DNA of 64,000 nucleotides, from NCBI RefSeq assembly GCF_963921235.1, contig NC_086097.1:69194001-69258000 (forward strand), in the 5' to 3' direction. The stretch's first letter is position 1; each line of letters starts with the position of its first letter. The stretch comes from Mobula hypostoma. Taxonomy: Eukaryota. The notes beneath the pieces were generated by a model. It saw only the letters and a program-made list of their open reading frames with translations. It searched no databases and was not told the origin of the DNA. Positions 26,815 to 39,004 of the stretch are shown here, piece by piece. Position numbers and translations under genes: made by a program.

Positions 26815-28259
26815 TACTTAGCTTAAAAATCTGAACACTGACTACTTCTGTGAAGTTGTACTCCAGTTATAGATTGGCAAAAAAATACAGCTGACACAAG
26901 GGTAATAATGTCCTCTGTAAAATTCCTAACAGAGACCTTGAGATACTTCTGGCTGTGCAAGATTATGAACCCTACTATTACTCTTGTTCTTGTTTGAGGG
27001 ACTTAGCAAGAGGTGGAAAACCACAAATCTGAGATCAAATTTGTTCCTTCCCGTTCATGAAGAGGATTATGAAAAGAATTAACTATTTTTGATCAATTGC
27101 CAACACTGTACTTGTGTGAATGTGCCACTGCTATATTAGAAACAAAGCAGGCCAATTGTGGAAAGTCAATTCCATGTAACAAAAGCTACATTCTGTTTCA
27201 TCATTTAAATATTGGTCAAGCCATCAAAAATATCTCATCTGCTCGATTTCCATATATTGTCTTGGACTTGAGAATTGAAGGTCTTACTTAAACAAGATGG
27301 TATAATATCACACTCCCTCACTGCTGCATATGAGGAAATATCTGGATGTTTTGCTGATTCCTCTGAAGTGAGACATGAATCCACAATCTTTAGACTCAGA
27401 TATTTAAAACTGTCACTACACCAGAAAAGAACAGGGAACATTTGAATCAGTAATCTCTGCACAAAACAAACAAAAAAAACCTCTAGATACCAACAGAAAT
27501 CTGAGAAGTAAACCATGCATTACTACCACTTTCTTTTCTCCTTCAGCCATCTTAGTACTCAGGCTTGTACAGTCCTTTATTTTTTTGGTTATAATTTTAC
27601 TTCAGTTATACTGAAGTAATATAGTGGACTGAAGTGAGAACGTGGGGTCAGAGGTAGAAACAAGCTATAAATGATTGTCCATTTGGAGCCATTAATTTGT
27701 AAGTTTGAAGCTTCTAAAGCTCCAGAAACAATGTCCTAAAGCAATCATTTCTATAAGTAAAGCTATGGATTGCATTAAATAGTCAATCTACTTTTATTAG
27801 GTAGATATTAACACTTGGTTCTTTTGCAAAACCTTGATCAGACCTCAAATATAACACTACACATAGATCCACTCACCACATATTTTGGATAATAATGAGG
27901 ATTTACGAAAGACACAAAGCAAAACCAATGTATTCTCATTTTAATTCATGCTAATACAGATTCAAACCTAGGATTACTTACTTCTGTGAAACTTTGATTC
28001 GCATTTGATCTAATCAAGTCTTATGATTATACAGTGTTGCAAAATACAGAAGATAAAGTCCAAAATTTTAAGTTTTACAAAATAAATTCCAGATTTTAAA
28101 AATAAGTAGAATAGATTTTTCTATCAGACTACTAGCTTCAAGTTGACACTGATTCACAATTTCTTCAACAGAGCTAGACCTGGTGCTAGTGATAATTTGA
28201 TGAGAAAAGAAAGAACAGAGAAAAAATTCCAGTGCTGGAATAAGCTGCGGGGATAGCTG

Positions 28260-31200
28260 CCAATAATGGTGCTAGCTTTAAATTCTTAGATAGTGTTTCA
28301 AATTTTCTAGTCAGGGATTCCAGTCATCCAAAGCTCCGTGAACAGAGCACCACTGAACTCAGACAAAATTACATTTAATCTGCCAGCAGCAGAGTTAACA
28401 GTGGTACTCAACTGAATAGCGATTCTATGGACACCAGACCCAGCAACTCGACTTGGCCTGAGCAGCTCAGCCCAGAAAGAGGCAGATGCAGATGGTGTGA
28501 GAGGAAGTAGAAAGAGAGCAAGAAATGGTGTGCTAGCAAGGCTGAGAGCTAATCTGAACCAGGCTGGCTGTACCATCACTCTTCCTGGCCAACAACAGTT
28601 GCCTTAGCGAGAGTAAGAATGAACACACAGAAAGATGAGAAACTGCTGCATTCTGTTTTTCATTGAAATGTGGTTAAACAACAACTCGTCATTTCAACTC
28701 GATGGGATGACTCCATTCCACACAGATAGGAACACCTCATCAAGGACATCCAAAAGATGTGGAATCTGTCTATACATTAACAAAGGTTGGTGCACAAACT
28801 TATCTGCAGTTAGGAGTCACTGTTCTGGGGAAATTGAGCATCATACAATTAAATGTCAGCCATATTACCTGCTCAGAGAGTTTACTATAGTGTTAATCAC
28901 CACGGTCTACGTCCCCCAAGCGAGAAAACCAAGGATGCACTGGGAGAACTTTATAGTATGATCAGCTCTCTACAAAAGAGGCCACCACAAACGGATTAGA
29001 CACAGACTTCAAAGAACACGCCTCATGTGTCATCAGCTACATCAGTAAGTGTGTAGATGACATTGCTACTTTAAGAAAGGTCATCTCACAGCCCAAGCTG
29101 AAGTCCTGGCTAAACGCAGAGGTGCGCTCCCCATGGAAAGCCTGATACAGTGACTTCAAGTCCAGTGACAGAACAGCCAGGAGAAACCTCATCTTGGGCA
29201 TCAAGAGAGTAAAGGCAGACTATGCAACAAAAACTCAGGGGCCACTGATGAAGATCCCCAGCCTATGTGGCTGGGTATTAAGGGGATTACTGACTACACA
29301 AGGAAAAACGGTGTTGACTGTACCAGTGACGCTTCCCTCCTTGATGCTCTTATGCATGCTATGAGACACACAACACAACACTGGCTACAAAAGCTAACCC
29401 CTCCCAGGTGAGCAGCCACTATCCATAACAGCAACAGATGTAAGGAGGACTGCAGAGAGAAAACCCCTGAAAGACAGCTGGGCCAGACAAACATTCCAGG
29501 CCAAGTACTCAGGGAGTGTGCACAGCAGTTGACTGATATCTTCAATCCTCCATTTATCTAGGATGCTATCTCCACACATTCAAATCAGGCACCATCTTCT
29601 CTGTACCAAAGAACTCTACAGCTACAGAACTAAATGACACCTACCCACTGCTACTGACACCAATCATCATGAAGTGCTTTGAACAGTTGATAATGGTACA
29701 TATCAAAAATTCCATTCCTGCCACATTGAACTCTCACTAATAAGCTTACTGACAGAACTACATGACAGATGTCATAGCATCTGTCATGTACCTTTCCCTG
29801 ACACACCTAGAAAATAAGGACATGTCAGAATGTTATTTCTGGATTTCAGTTCAGCATTCAATCTAAATACACCATTATGCAACTGGGTGTTGGACTTCCT
29901 AACCAACAGACCTCAGACGGTCAGGATGCACAACCACTCCTCCCTCCCCATCACCCTCAACACGGGTATCCCCCAGGTCTGTGTGCTGAGCCTATTCCTG
30001 CACACACTGCTCACACATGACTGCATGGCCAAACACCCAAGTAATCCCATTGTCAAGTTCACCAATGATACAACAGCAGTGGGGCTCATTACAAACAAAT
30101 GATGGGATGGCCTACAGGGAGGAGATGGACGAGCACGAGGCCTGGTGCCAGACAAATAACCCCTTCCTCAAATGTCAACAAGACAAAGGATATTGAAAAA
30201 TTCACACCACTCACACTCCCCTTTACATCAGCAGCACAGCAGTGGAAGCTGCAAGCAATTTCAAACTCCTATGAGTGGACATCACACATAACCTCTCATG
30301 GTCCCAGAACACAGCAAAAAAACTCACCAGTGTCTCTACTTTGAGGAGGTTGAAGAGAGACAGAGTTTGCACATCCATGCTCACATCATTTTACAGTTGC
30401 GCAGTACAGACAATCCTAAAATACTGCATCACTGCTTGGTACAGGGAGGTTATACAACAGGTAGTCAAAACTGCCCCATGCATCACTGGCATCAGCCTAT
30501 TCGCCAGAGAGACATATATACAGAAAGATGGTGGAAAAGGGCCAGCAACATCATGAAGCACTCCACACACCTTACTCATGGACTGTTAGTCTCACTCCCA
30601 TCAAGGAGAAAGCTAAAGACCATCCATGCCAGGACTACCAGACAGAAAAAGTTACTTTCCCCAAGTAGTAAAGCTGATCAACACCTCCACCACAACTGTC
30701 ATCTCCCATCAGAAACTTTATGTACAGCTTAGCATTTCATGGACATACTGTGGTGTTAGAAAGTTGGTGAATCATGTAGTATTTTCTCTATTTCTGCATT
30801 AATATGACCTAAAATGTGATCAGATCTTCACTCAAGTCCTAAAACTAGATAAAGAGAACCCAATTAAAGAAATAACAAAAAACATTATACTCGTTCATCC
30901 ATTTATTTATTTATTGAGAAAAATGATGCAATATTACAAGTATGTGTTGGAAAAAGGATGTGAATCTTTGCTTTCAGTAACTGGTGTAACCCCCTTATAC
31001 AACAGCAACTTCAACCAAACATTTCCGGTAACTGTTGCTCAGTCCTGCACACCGGCTTGGAGGAATTTTAGGCCATTCATCTTCACAAAACTGCTTCAAC
31101 TCTGGGATATTGGTGGGCTTCCTTGCATGAACTGCTTGCTTTGGATTCTTCCACAACATTTCTATAGGATTAAGGTCAGCTCTTTGACTCAGCCATTGCA

Positions 31201-32470
31201 AAACACAAATTTTCTTCTTTTTAAACCATTCTGTTGTTGATTTACTCATCTTTCGGATCATTATCTGGTTACATTATCCAGCTTCTATTAAGCTTCAAGT
31301 GATGGTCCACTATCCTGACATTCTCCTGTAAAAAGTCTTGATACAATTTTTGATTTCATTTTTCCCTCAACAAGCAACCCCAAACTATGATGCTTCTTCC
31401 ACCATGCTTCACAGTTGGGATGAAGTTTTGGTGTAGGTATGCAGTGCCCTTTTTCCTCCAAACATAGCAATGTGCATTTCTGTCAAAAAGTTCAGCTGTT
31501 GTCTCACCTGTCCACAGAACACTGTCCCAGAAGTATTGTAGAACATCCAGGTGGTCTTTTGCAAACTTGAGCTATGCAGCAATGTTTTTTTTTGGAGAGC
31601 AGTGATTTCCTCCGTGGTGGCCTTCCATGGACACCATTCTTGTTCAGCGTTTTTCTTATAGTGGACACGTGAACAGAGTCTTCAGCGAGTTCTACAGATT
31701 TCTGCAGGTCTTTTGCTGTTACCCTTGGGTTCTTTTTCACCTCCTTTGGCATTGCACGTTGTGCTCAGTGTGATTTTTGCAGGATGCCCACTCCTGGGGA
31801 AGAGTACTGAGTTTCCTCCATTTGTAGTTTATCTCACTGTGGACTGATGAGCACTCAGGTCTTTAGAAATGCTTTTGCAGCCTTTTCCAGCTTCATGCAC
31901 CTTTACAATTCTTCTTCCAAGGTCCTCTGAAGGTTGTTTTGATCGAGGCATGGTGTACATAAACAGATCTTTCTTGAGAAGAGCAGGTTTTGTCAATAAT
32001 CTAACTATGTGTGTCTTTTATAGGGCAGGACACCTCTACAACCCACACTTCCAATCCTATCTCATTGATTGGAGCACCTGACTCTAAATAGCTTCTGTAG
32101 AAGGCATTACCCAGAGGTTCACATACGTTTTCCAATACATATAATATTAGATTATTTTTCTCAATAAATAAAGTATAATTTTTTGTGTTATTTATTTAAT
32201 TGGGTTCTCTATCTAGTTTTAGAACTTATGTGAAGATTTGATCAAATTTTAGGTCATATTTATGCAGAAATAGAGAAAATTCTACAGGGCTTACAAACTT
32301 CCTAGCACCACTGTACAATCAATGTATATAAGCTTTCTGATGTACTTATATTTATTGTTTTTGTTATTGTGTTTGTTATCTTATTGTGTTGTGCTGCATC
32401 GGATCCAGAGTAACAATTTCATTCTCCTTACACTTGTATACAGGAAATTACATTAAACAATCTTGAACCT
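28260..32470 (+). mobile_element. Rex1/Babar LINE (endonuclease + RT, decayed with deletions), 3' UTR interrupted by a Tc1 element
   Basis: [77 protein letters not shown]. The tail resumes at 32314. The 5' boundary is approximate. Confidence 0.8.
30748..32313 (-). mobile_element. Tc1/mariner DNA transposon, full-length but inactive, long (~200 bp) TIRs
   Basis: TA...ctgtggtgttagaaagt / actt(c)ctagcaccactg...TA. Transposase fragments KEVKKNPRVTAKDLQKS...VHVSTIRKTLNKNGVHGR and LQWLSQRADLNPIEMLW, frameshifted. Confidence 0.93.
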
Positions 32471-32658
32471 TCAATGTGATAGTCCAGTTTTGATCACCTC
32501 AGGCTTCACTTAAATTGGCTTGGGTTGTTAAATGGGATTTTCATATTTCCCTGGATTTCATTCATTTGTGTGTGTGCATGCATCTACATACGTAGGAATT
32601 TCAGTATGCGAAGTTGAATGTGCGAGGAGGTGTTCTGATATTGTTAACCTGTTCCTAT

Positions 32659-32940
32659 GATCCACTGCAAAATAAAAAGCATAAAAAAAGATTTATTTTA
32701 ATGCCAATATTTGGCATGTCAAATTAAAACTGCAACCAATTGCACTTCTTTGAGGCTTCCAAGATTTCATGACTGAAGGGCTTTACAGTTTAATAGATTT
32801 AATTTTGTTGCAAAATTAAACTATAAAACCCTTCAGTCATGAAATCTTGTGAACCTCAACAAAAGAAATACAATTGGATGCAGTTTTAATTTTGCATGCC
32901 AAATATGGGCATTAAAATAAACTTGTATTTAGCAGTGGAT
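32659..32940. repeat. ~280-bp imperfect palindrome (foldback / MITE-like)
   Basis: tttattttaatgccaatatttggcatg...aagatttcatgactgaaggg is mirrored by cccttcagtcatgaaatctt...catgccaaatatgggcattaaaataaa. Outer ends atccactgc / gcagtggat. Confidence 0.85.
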
Positions 32941-33494
32941 GATATCAACAGTCAACTGAGATAACGGAATACTGCCAATAACAGTAAGTGGATATACTGA
33001 TAATATAAATAAGCAACATGTTACAAATTCAGGCATTAAACTCAAATGATAAGGGGAAGGTAAATAAGAACCAATGAACCGCTTTAAATTTTAAACTTGT
33101 TTTAAAACACCCAGTAACATCAATATTTTCCCCCACTCAGCTTTCTTCAACGGACAGGCTGTTTAATCCAGAGCCCTCAGAGAAAAACTGAATCATAGAC
33201 TACTCTTGGCCAGAAAAAAAAATTGCAATAATCCAGCACCCTCTGGACTTGATGGTGTTGGCAGATAATCTAACCTATTAGATTATATTCCTATTATAAA
33301 ACACTTAACTCACTGCCAGCAATCCAATTAGATTTAAATGAAGCACAGGGAAAAGGGCCCTGCTAAATTTAAAAAAGTGTAGAAATATTACCCAATGAGC
33401 CAAATGCCAAACCATGCCTTATAAACAATTGGATAGTAGGTTGTTAATGTTTTACTGTTTTCAGTAATTGCTGCACATACTCTATAAATCTGTA

Positions 33495-34245
33495 GATTCA
33501 AGATTGTTTACAGGAAAAAGAGAACAATTAATTATTACTTCAGATCCGATGCAGCACAAAAAAAATTACAATAAGATAAAGAACACAATAATAAAAAAAA
33601 CCACAATAAATATAAATACATAAGGTAGCTTATATACATTGATTGATTGATTGCATGCCCCTTAAGTGAGGCTAGGCACATTAGCTTAAATACATAAAGT
33701 GACTGACTGGAAATAATAACATTGGTGGTGCTGGGGTGTGTGGAAGAGTAGTGAGTGAGTGGAGGTATTGTTCAGTCTTACTGCTCAGGGAAAATAACTG
33801 TTTTTGAGTTTGATGCACCTGGAGAATGGAAGTTACCTAGCCTCCTCCCTGATGGGAGTGGGACAAACAGTCCAGTAGCAGCATGGATGGGATCCTTCAT
33901 GATGTTACTAGCCCTTTTCTGGCACCATTCTGTTTGTCAGAATCAGAATCCGGATTATAATCACTGGCATATGTCATGAAATTTGTTAACTTAGCAGCAG
34001 CAGCTCAATGCAATACATAATATACAAGAAAAAATAATGACGAATAAATAAGTAAATCAATTACAGAATACATATACAGATGACAAGATTGGCTGGTGCT
34101 GGTGATGTGGTGTGCAGTTTTGACTGCCCATTGTAGAACCTTCCTGCCTGCAGTTTCCATACCATGCAGTGATGCAACATGTTAGCATCTTCTGCACTGC
34201 ACATTTGTAGATGATGTGAGTGTAGATGTGCATAGTGCAGCTCTT
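33495..34245 (-). mobile_element. Rex1/Babar LINE 3' end
   Basis: YKCAVQKMLTCCITAWYGNC remnant; the tail matches those at 13400-13510 and 32320-32470. Confidence 0.75.
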
Positions 34246-36169
34246 TTCAGAAAGCAGAGGCATTGAAAATGAGACTTTTACTAAGGTGGTCACACTCAGA
34301 GTGCAAGCTTCAGTCAGTAAATGGGTGACCACCAAAAAGGGACGAAACAGACATTTCCCTTAGCAACAGAGCCAGTGAAAACAGGCAGGAACAATACAAT
34401 AGATACGATGGGACACAACTTGAAAACTGTGTATTTTAAAATTAGAAGTATTAAGCATAAAGGTGATGAACTTAAGAGCATGAATCAGTTCATGCTGTGA
34501 CCACCACAAAGACTTGGTTCAGAGCGGGTATGAATGGGTGCTTAATATCTCAGGTTTTGATGTATTAGAAAAGATAAGTGAGCGAGGTAGTCTACTAATC
34601 AGGGATAACAAAGCTGCACTCAGAGGGGACATAATGGAGGGCTTGTCCACTGAGTCTATAATGCTAGGATGGATGCAATCATTCTGATGGGATTGTACTG
34701 CAAACTCCCAAATGGCACCAGGACATTAAAGTACAGATATGCACGCAAATTAAGGAAAGGTGTGAAAACAACACTGTTGTTCTCATGGGGGGCTTCAACT
34801 TCCTTAATATAAACTGGGACCTTCTTACTGCAAGTGGTTTAGATGGGGCAGAATTTGTTGGGTGCATCCAGAGGGTTTCTTAAGTCGATATGGAAGTAGC
34901 TCAACAAGAGGAGGGGCTATACTGGACATGGTATTGTGTAATGAGCCTCGCCAGGTGACCGACATTTCAGTCAGGGAGCAGTTACGGTACAGTGACAACT
35001 CCTTAAATTTTAAGGTAGCTATAGATAAGTATACTGTAAATATGGACCTTATGGGAGAGTATTAAACTGGAGCAGGGCAAATTACAAGAGCATTTGGCAA
35101 AAATTAGGAGAGTTAATTGGAAACATTGGTTTTTGGGCAAGTCCACATCTGACATGTGAAGGGTGTTTAAAGACCAACTGCACAGAGTGCAGGATAAGAA
35201 TGTTCCAGTCAGATGGAAGGACAAGGATGGCAAGGTAAGAAAACCTTTGATGTCAAAGGAGATGATGAATTCAGTCAAGAAGAAAATGTATGTAAAGCTT
35301 AGAATGTACGTAGAGACAAACAGAGCCCTTGAGGATTATAAAGTAGCCAGAAAAGAGAATTAGGAAAGCCAGAAGTGGCTATGAAAAGTCTTCAGCAAGT
35401 AGAATTAAAGAGAATTCAAAAGGTACTCTAAACATACATTTTGAACAAGATAAGTAGGGAAAGGGTAAGATCACTCAAGGATAAAGGGGGGAAACATTTG
35501 CTTGGATATTGAGAATGTGGGGAGGTCCTTAATGAATACTTTACATCAGTATTTACCAAAAAGAAGGATGTGCAGGATAGGGAAATCAGCACTGAGCATA
35601 TCGATATGCTAGGGCATTGAGGTAAAAGATGAGGTAGTGGTGCATTTCTTAAAGAGCACCAAGGTGGTTAAGTTCCCACAGCCTGATAGAATATGCCCCA
35701 GGTCATTGAGAGAAGCAAGAAATGAGGTCACTGGGGCCTTAACCAATTTTTTTGTGTCGTCTCTAACCACAGGCAAGGCCCCAGAGGACTGACGAATAGC
35801 AATTATTCAGCAAGGGAAAAAGAATAATCCTAAAAACTAAAGACTGGTGAGTCTCATGTCAGTCGTGAAGTTACTGGGGAGAATTCTTAGATATAAGATT
35901 CATGAGCATTTGGAAAACCATTGCCCAATAGAGAGCCAGCATGGCTTTGTGAAGGCCAAGTCGTACTTTACTAATTTGATAGATTTTTAACAAGGTGACG
36001 AGGGTAATTGATGAAAGTAGGCCTATGGATGTTGTCTAGATGGATTTTAGTAAGACACTATACACGGTCCCTTATGGGAAGCTCATCCAGAAGATTAAGA
36101 TGCAAGGGATCCATGTTGAACTGGCCATCTGGATTCAGAACTAGCTTACCCCATAGAAGACAGAGGATA

Positions 36170-37025
36170 GTGTTCAAAGATCAAAGTACATCTATTATCA
36201 AAATATGTATACATTATACATCCTTCAGATTTCTCTCCTTGCAGTCAGCCACAAAAACGCAAAAGAACCCATTAAAAAAAAGACCAGCAAACATCCAATG
36301 CACAGAGAAAGAAAAAAAATCATGCACACAATAAAAACAAGCAACAGCATTCGGAACAAAAGGTGAGACCATAGATACGAAGCCCAAAAAAAGCAGCTGG
36401 AGCAGGCCCACAGCTTCAGCTTATCACACAGCAGAGCAAAACATCACATAGCTCACAGAGATGAAGTCCAGAGCAGCTGGAGCAGGCCCACAGCCTCAAC
36501 CTCAGAGCAGCGAAGAGTGGAGCAAACGTTGGGAAGCATCAAGCAGAACCGCCTCCGGTCCTGACACCCTGCCTTTTCAATCCGTTCAGCCCAGTGTTTA
36601 ATTTGTCCAGCATTGGGTCATTCCTTACACGAGGACCCGGGCGCTGTTGCAACGATACACAGTGGCCTGAGCCCTGCCGGCACATTCCAGACCGTACCCA
36701 ACCTTTCCAAAATGGCCTGGTGCATAGAAAGATCAGACCTTGCTCTCAGCTCAGGTGGATGGTTTCCAAGACTCCTCCACTCCACACGCTCTGTCTCAAA
36801 CATGCCCTGACCTTGCTCCAACTTTGTATTGCACCCGCACGTCTTGACCCTCTAGTCAGCCTTGCCTTTGCTCACCTTTTCATTGTTTGGGGTGATTGTT
36901 TACCATAAATACCATTTTTTTTACAGAAAAAATATTATTTTAATAAAGTATTTAGTTGTATTTCTTGCTTTGGGAACCACCAGTAAGTTGCCACTCATCT
37001 TCAGCAGCGCCATCTTAAACCAAAA
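36170..37025 (-). mobile_element. Non-coding retroelement, copy 2 (nested in CR1)
   Basis: Minus strand starts TTTAAGATGGCGCTG and has a 3' tail like 9405-9600. Interrupts CR1 between RRQRIV and the following RT sequence. Confidence 0.65.
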
Positions 37026-37679
37026 TGGTTGGAGGGACTTAATGTAGCTGGATGTCTGCTCTGCAGGGATCAGTTCTGGGACCTCTGCTATTTGTGATGT
37101 ATACAAATGACCTGGATAAAAATGTAGATGGATGGGTTAGTAAATTTGCAGATGATATGAAGATTGATGTTGTGGAAAATACAGAAGACTAGTGAAGAAT
37201 AGAAAGGAATATAGATCAGTTGCAGAAATGGGTGGAAAAATGGTGGATGAAGTTTAACCTGGCCAAATGCGAAATGTTGCTTCTTGGAAGGTCAAATGCA
37301 AACAGATCCTTAACAGTGCTGAAGAGCAGAGGGACCTTGGCGTCCAAGTTTATAGGTCCCTGATAGTAGTTACACAGGTTGATAGGGTGGTTAAGAAGGC
37401 ATATAGCATGCTTGCCTTTATTAATCGAGGAACTGAGTTCAAACATCAGGAAGTTATGTTGCAGCTGTGTAAAACTTTAGTTAGGTTGCACCTGGAGTAC
37501 TGCACACAGTTCTGATTGTGCTATAAAAGGAAGGATGTTGAGGCTTTGGAGAGGGCACAGAAGAGGATGTTGCCTGGATTAGAGGGCACATGCTATGAGA
37601 GGTTGGACAAATTTTGGTTGTTTTCTCAAAAGTGGTGGAGACTGAAAGGAGACCTAATAGAGGTTTATGAAAAAAAAGG

Positions 37680-38545
37680 GTTCTGGTTAGATGGTGCTGG
37701 TGAATCTCAGCAACTTCTGGCTGGTGGCCAATGAAACAAAGAAAAAAAACTAAATACTTTGTTAATCACTCTTTTTCACGTAAACGATCATCGCAAATAA
37801 TAGCTTTCAACTTCCCTTTGTACTTGGGAGGCAATTCGATGTCGCAGAACCAGGGTGAGGTGAGGCAGCAGCCCATCAACAAGAGCAAGGAAGACTGAGG
37901 TTCAATCAATTTAACTGCAGGGCCAAACTGGAAAGGTCAGGTACAGGCCGAATTGAAGCAGTGGGGTCCAGGCCCCAAAGGGTACCAAAGTGACAGAACC
38001 TGATGTTTGGACAATTTAAGTGCCTGGCTAAATGGGAAAGGTCAGGTATGGGCCAAACGAGGTGGCAGAGTCCAGGCACAAGAGGGTATTGAAGTGACAG
38101 AACCCAATGTTTGGACAACGATTTAAGCACCGGGCCAAACTGGAAAGGTCAGGTGCAGGTCAAATCGAAGCAGTGGGGTCCAGGCCCCAGATGGTATTCA
38201 AGCGATTAAACCCAATGTTTGGACGATGATTTTAAGCGCCAAACCAGGTTGAAAAGGTCCAGGCGTCAGGGCTGTTTGGCTCTGCACTGAACTAAGTTCA
38301 GTTCAGAATGCTATTTGCTTACGTTTATTATTTGCATGGCTTGTTTTGTTTCCTCTCTGCACACCGGCTGTTTGACAGTCTGTTTTTTTTTAAAAGAGCT
38401 CTTTTAGATTTCTTTATTTTGTGGCTGCCTGTTAGACGATGAATCTCCAGGTTGTATAATGTCAGAATCAGAACCAGGTGACGTGAAATTTGTTGGTATA
38501 TAGATACATTGATCATAAATGCACTTATAATTTTAGTTCGAAGTT
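37680..38545 (+). mobile_element. Non-coding retroelement, copy 3 (nested in CR1), with internal ~106-bp tandem repeat x3
   Basis: Starts TTAGATGGTGCTG. Units begin at ~37920, ~38026 and ~38132 (gggccaaactggaaaggtcagg...). 3' tail tttgtggctgcctg...gttgtata. Confidence 0.65.
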
Positions 38546-39004
38546 CAGAGAGGCCTAGACAGAGTAGACAAACAATATATTTTCCCAAAGGTATAAATGC
38601 CTAATACCAGAAGGCATGCATTTAAGGTGAGAGGGGAAAATTTAAAAGGAGGGGCACATCATTTTTTTTTTTAAAACACAGAGCGTGATGGGTGCCTGGA
38701 ATGCTCTACCTGAGGTGGTGGTAGAGGAAAGGACATTAAAGACTTTTAAGAAATGTTTAGATGGGCACATGAATACAAGGAAAATGGAAGAATACGGACA
38801 TTGTGTGTGCGGAAGAGATCAATTTAATTGGTTCAGCAAAGCACTGGGGACCAGAAGGCCTATTCCTGTGCTGTACTGCTCTATGTTTTATGGTAAGCTT
38901 TCCTGCTTTTAGCATGAAATTATATATAACAAAGTTAAAATATCCCAAATAAATTGAAAGGAAATAAGCCCACTTTGAAAAACTTCAAACTTTATCAACA
39001 CTCA

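Larger units (their letters stand above)
34320..38892 (+). mobile_element. Long decayed CR1 LINE (endonuclease + RT + 3' UTR) carrying two nested insertions
   Basis: VLMGGFNF, TRGGAILDMVLCNE, QHGFVK, KFADD, EQRDLGVQV...KKAYSMLAFINRG...LVRLHLEYCTQF, AWNALPEVVVE remnants in order. Confidence 0.88.

Noticed and set aside
37920..38240. CRISPR-like array
   Set aside because: Whole ~106-bp units are homologous with no unique spacers; eukaryotic context with no cas genes.
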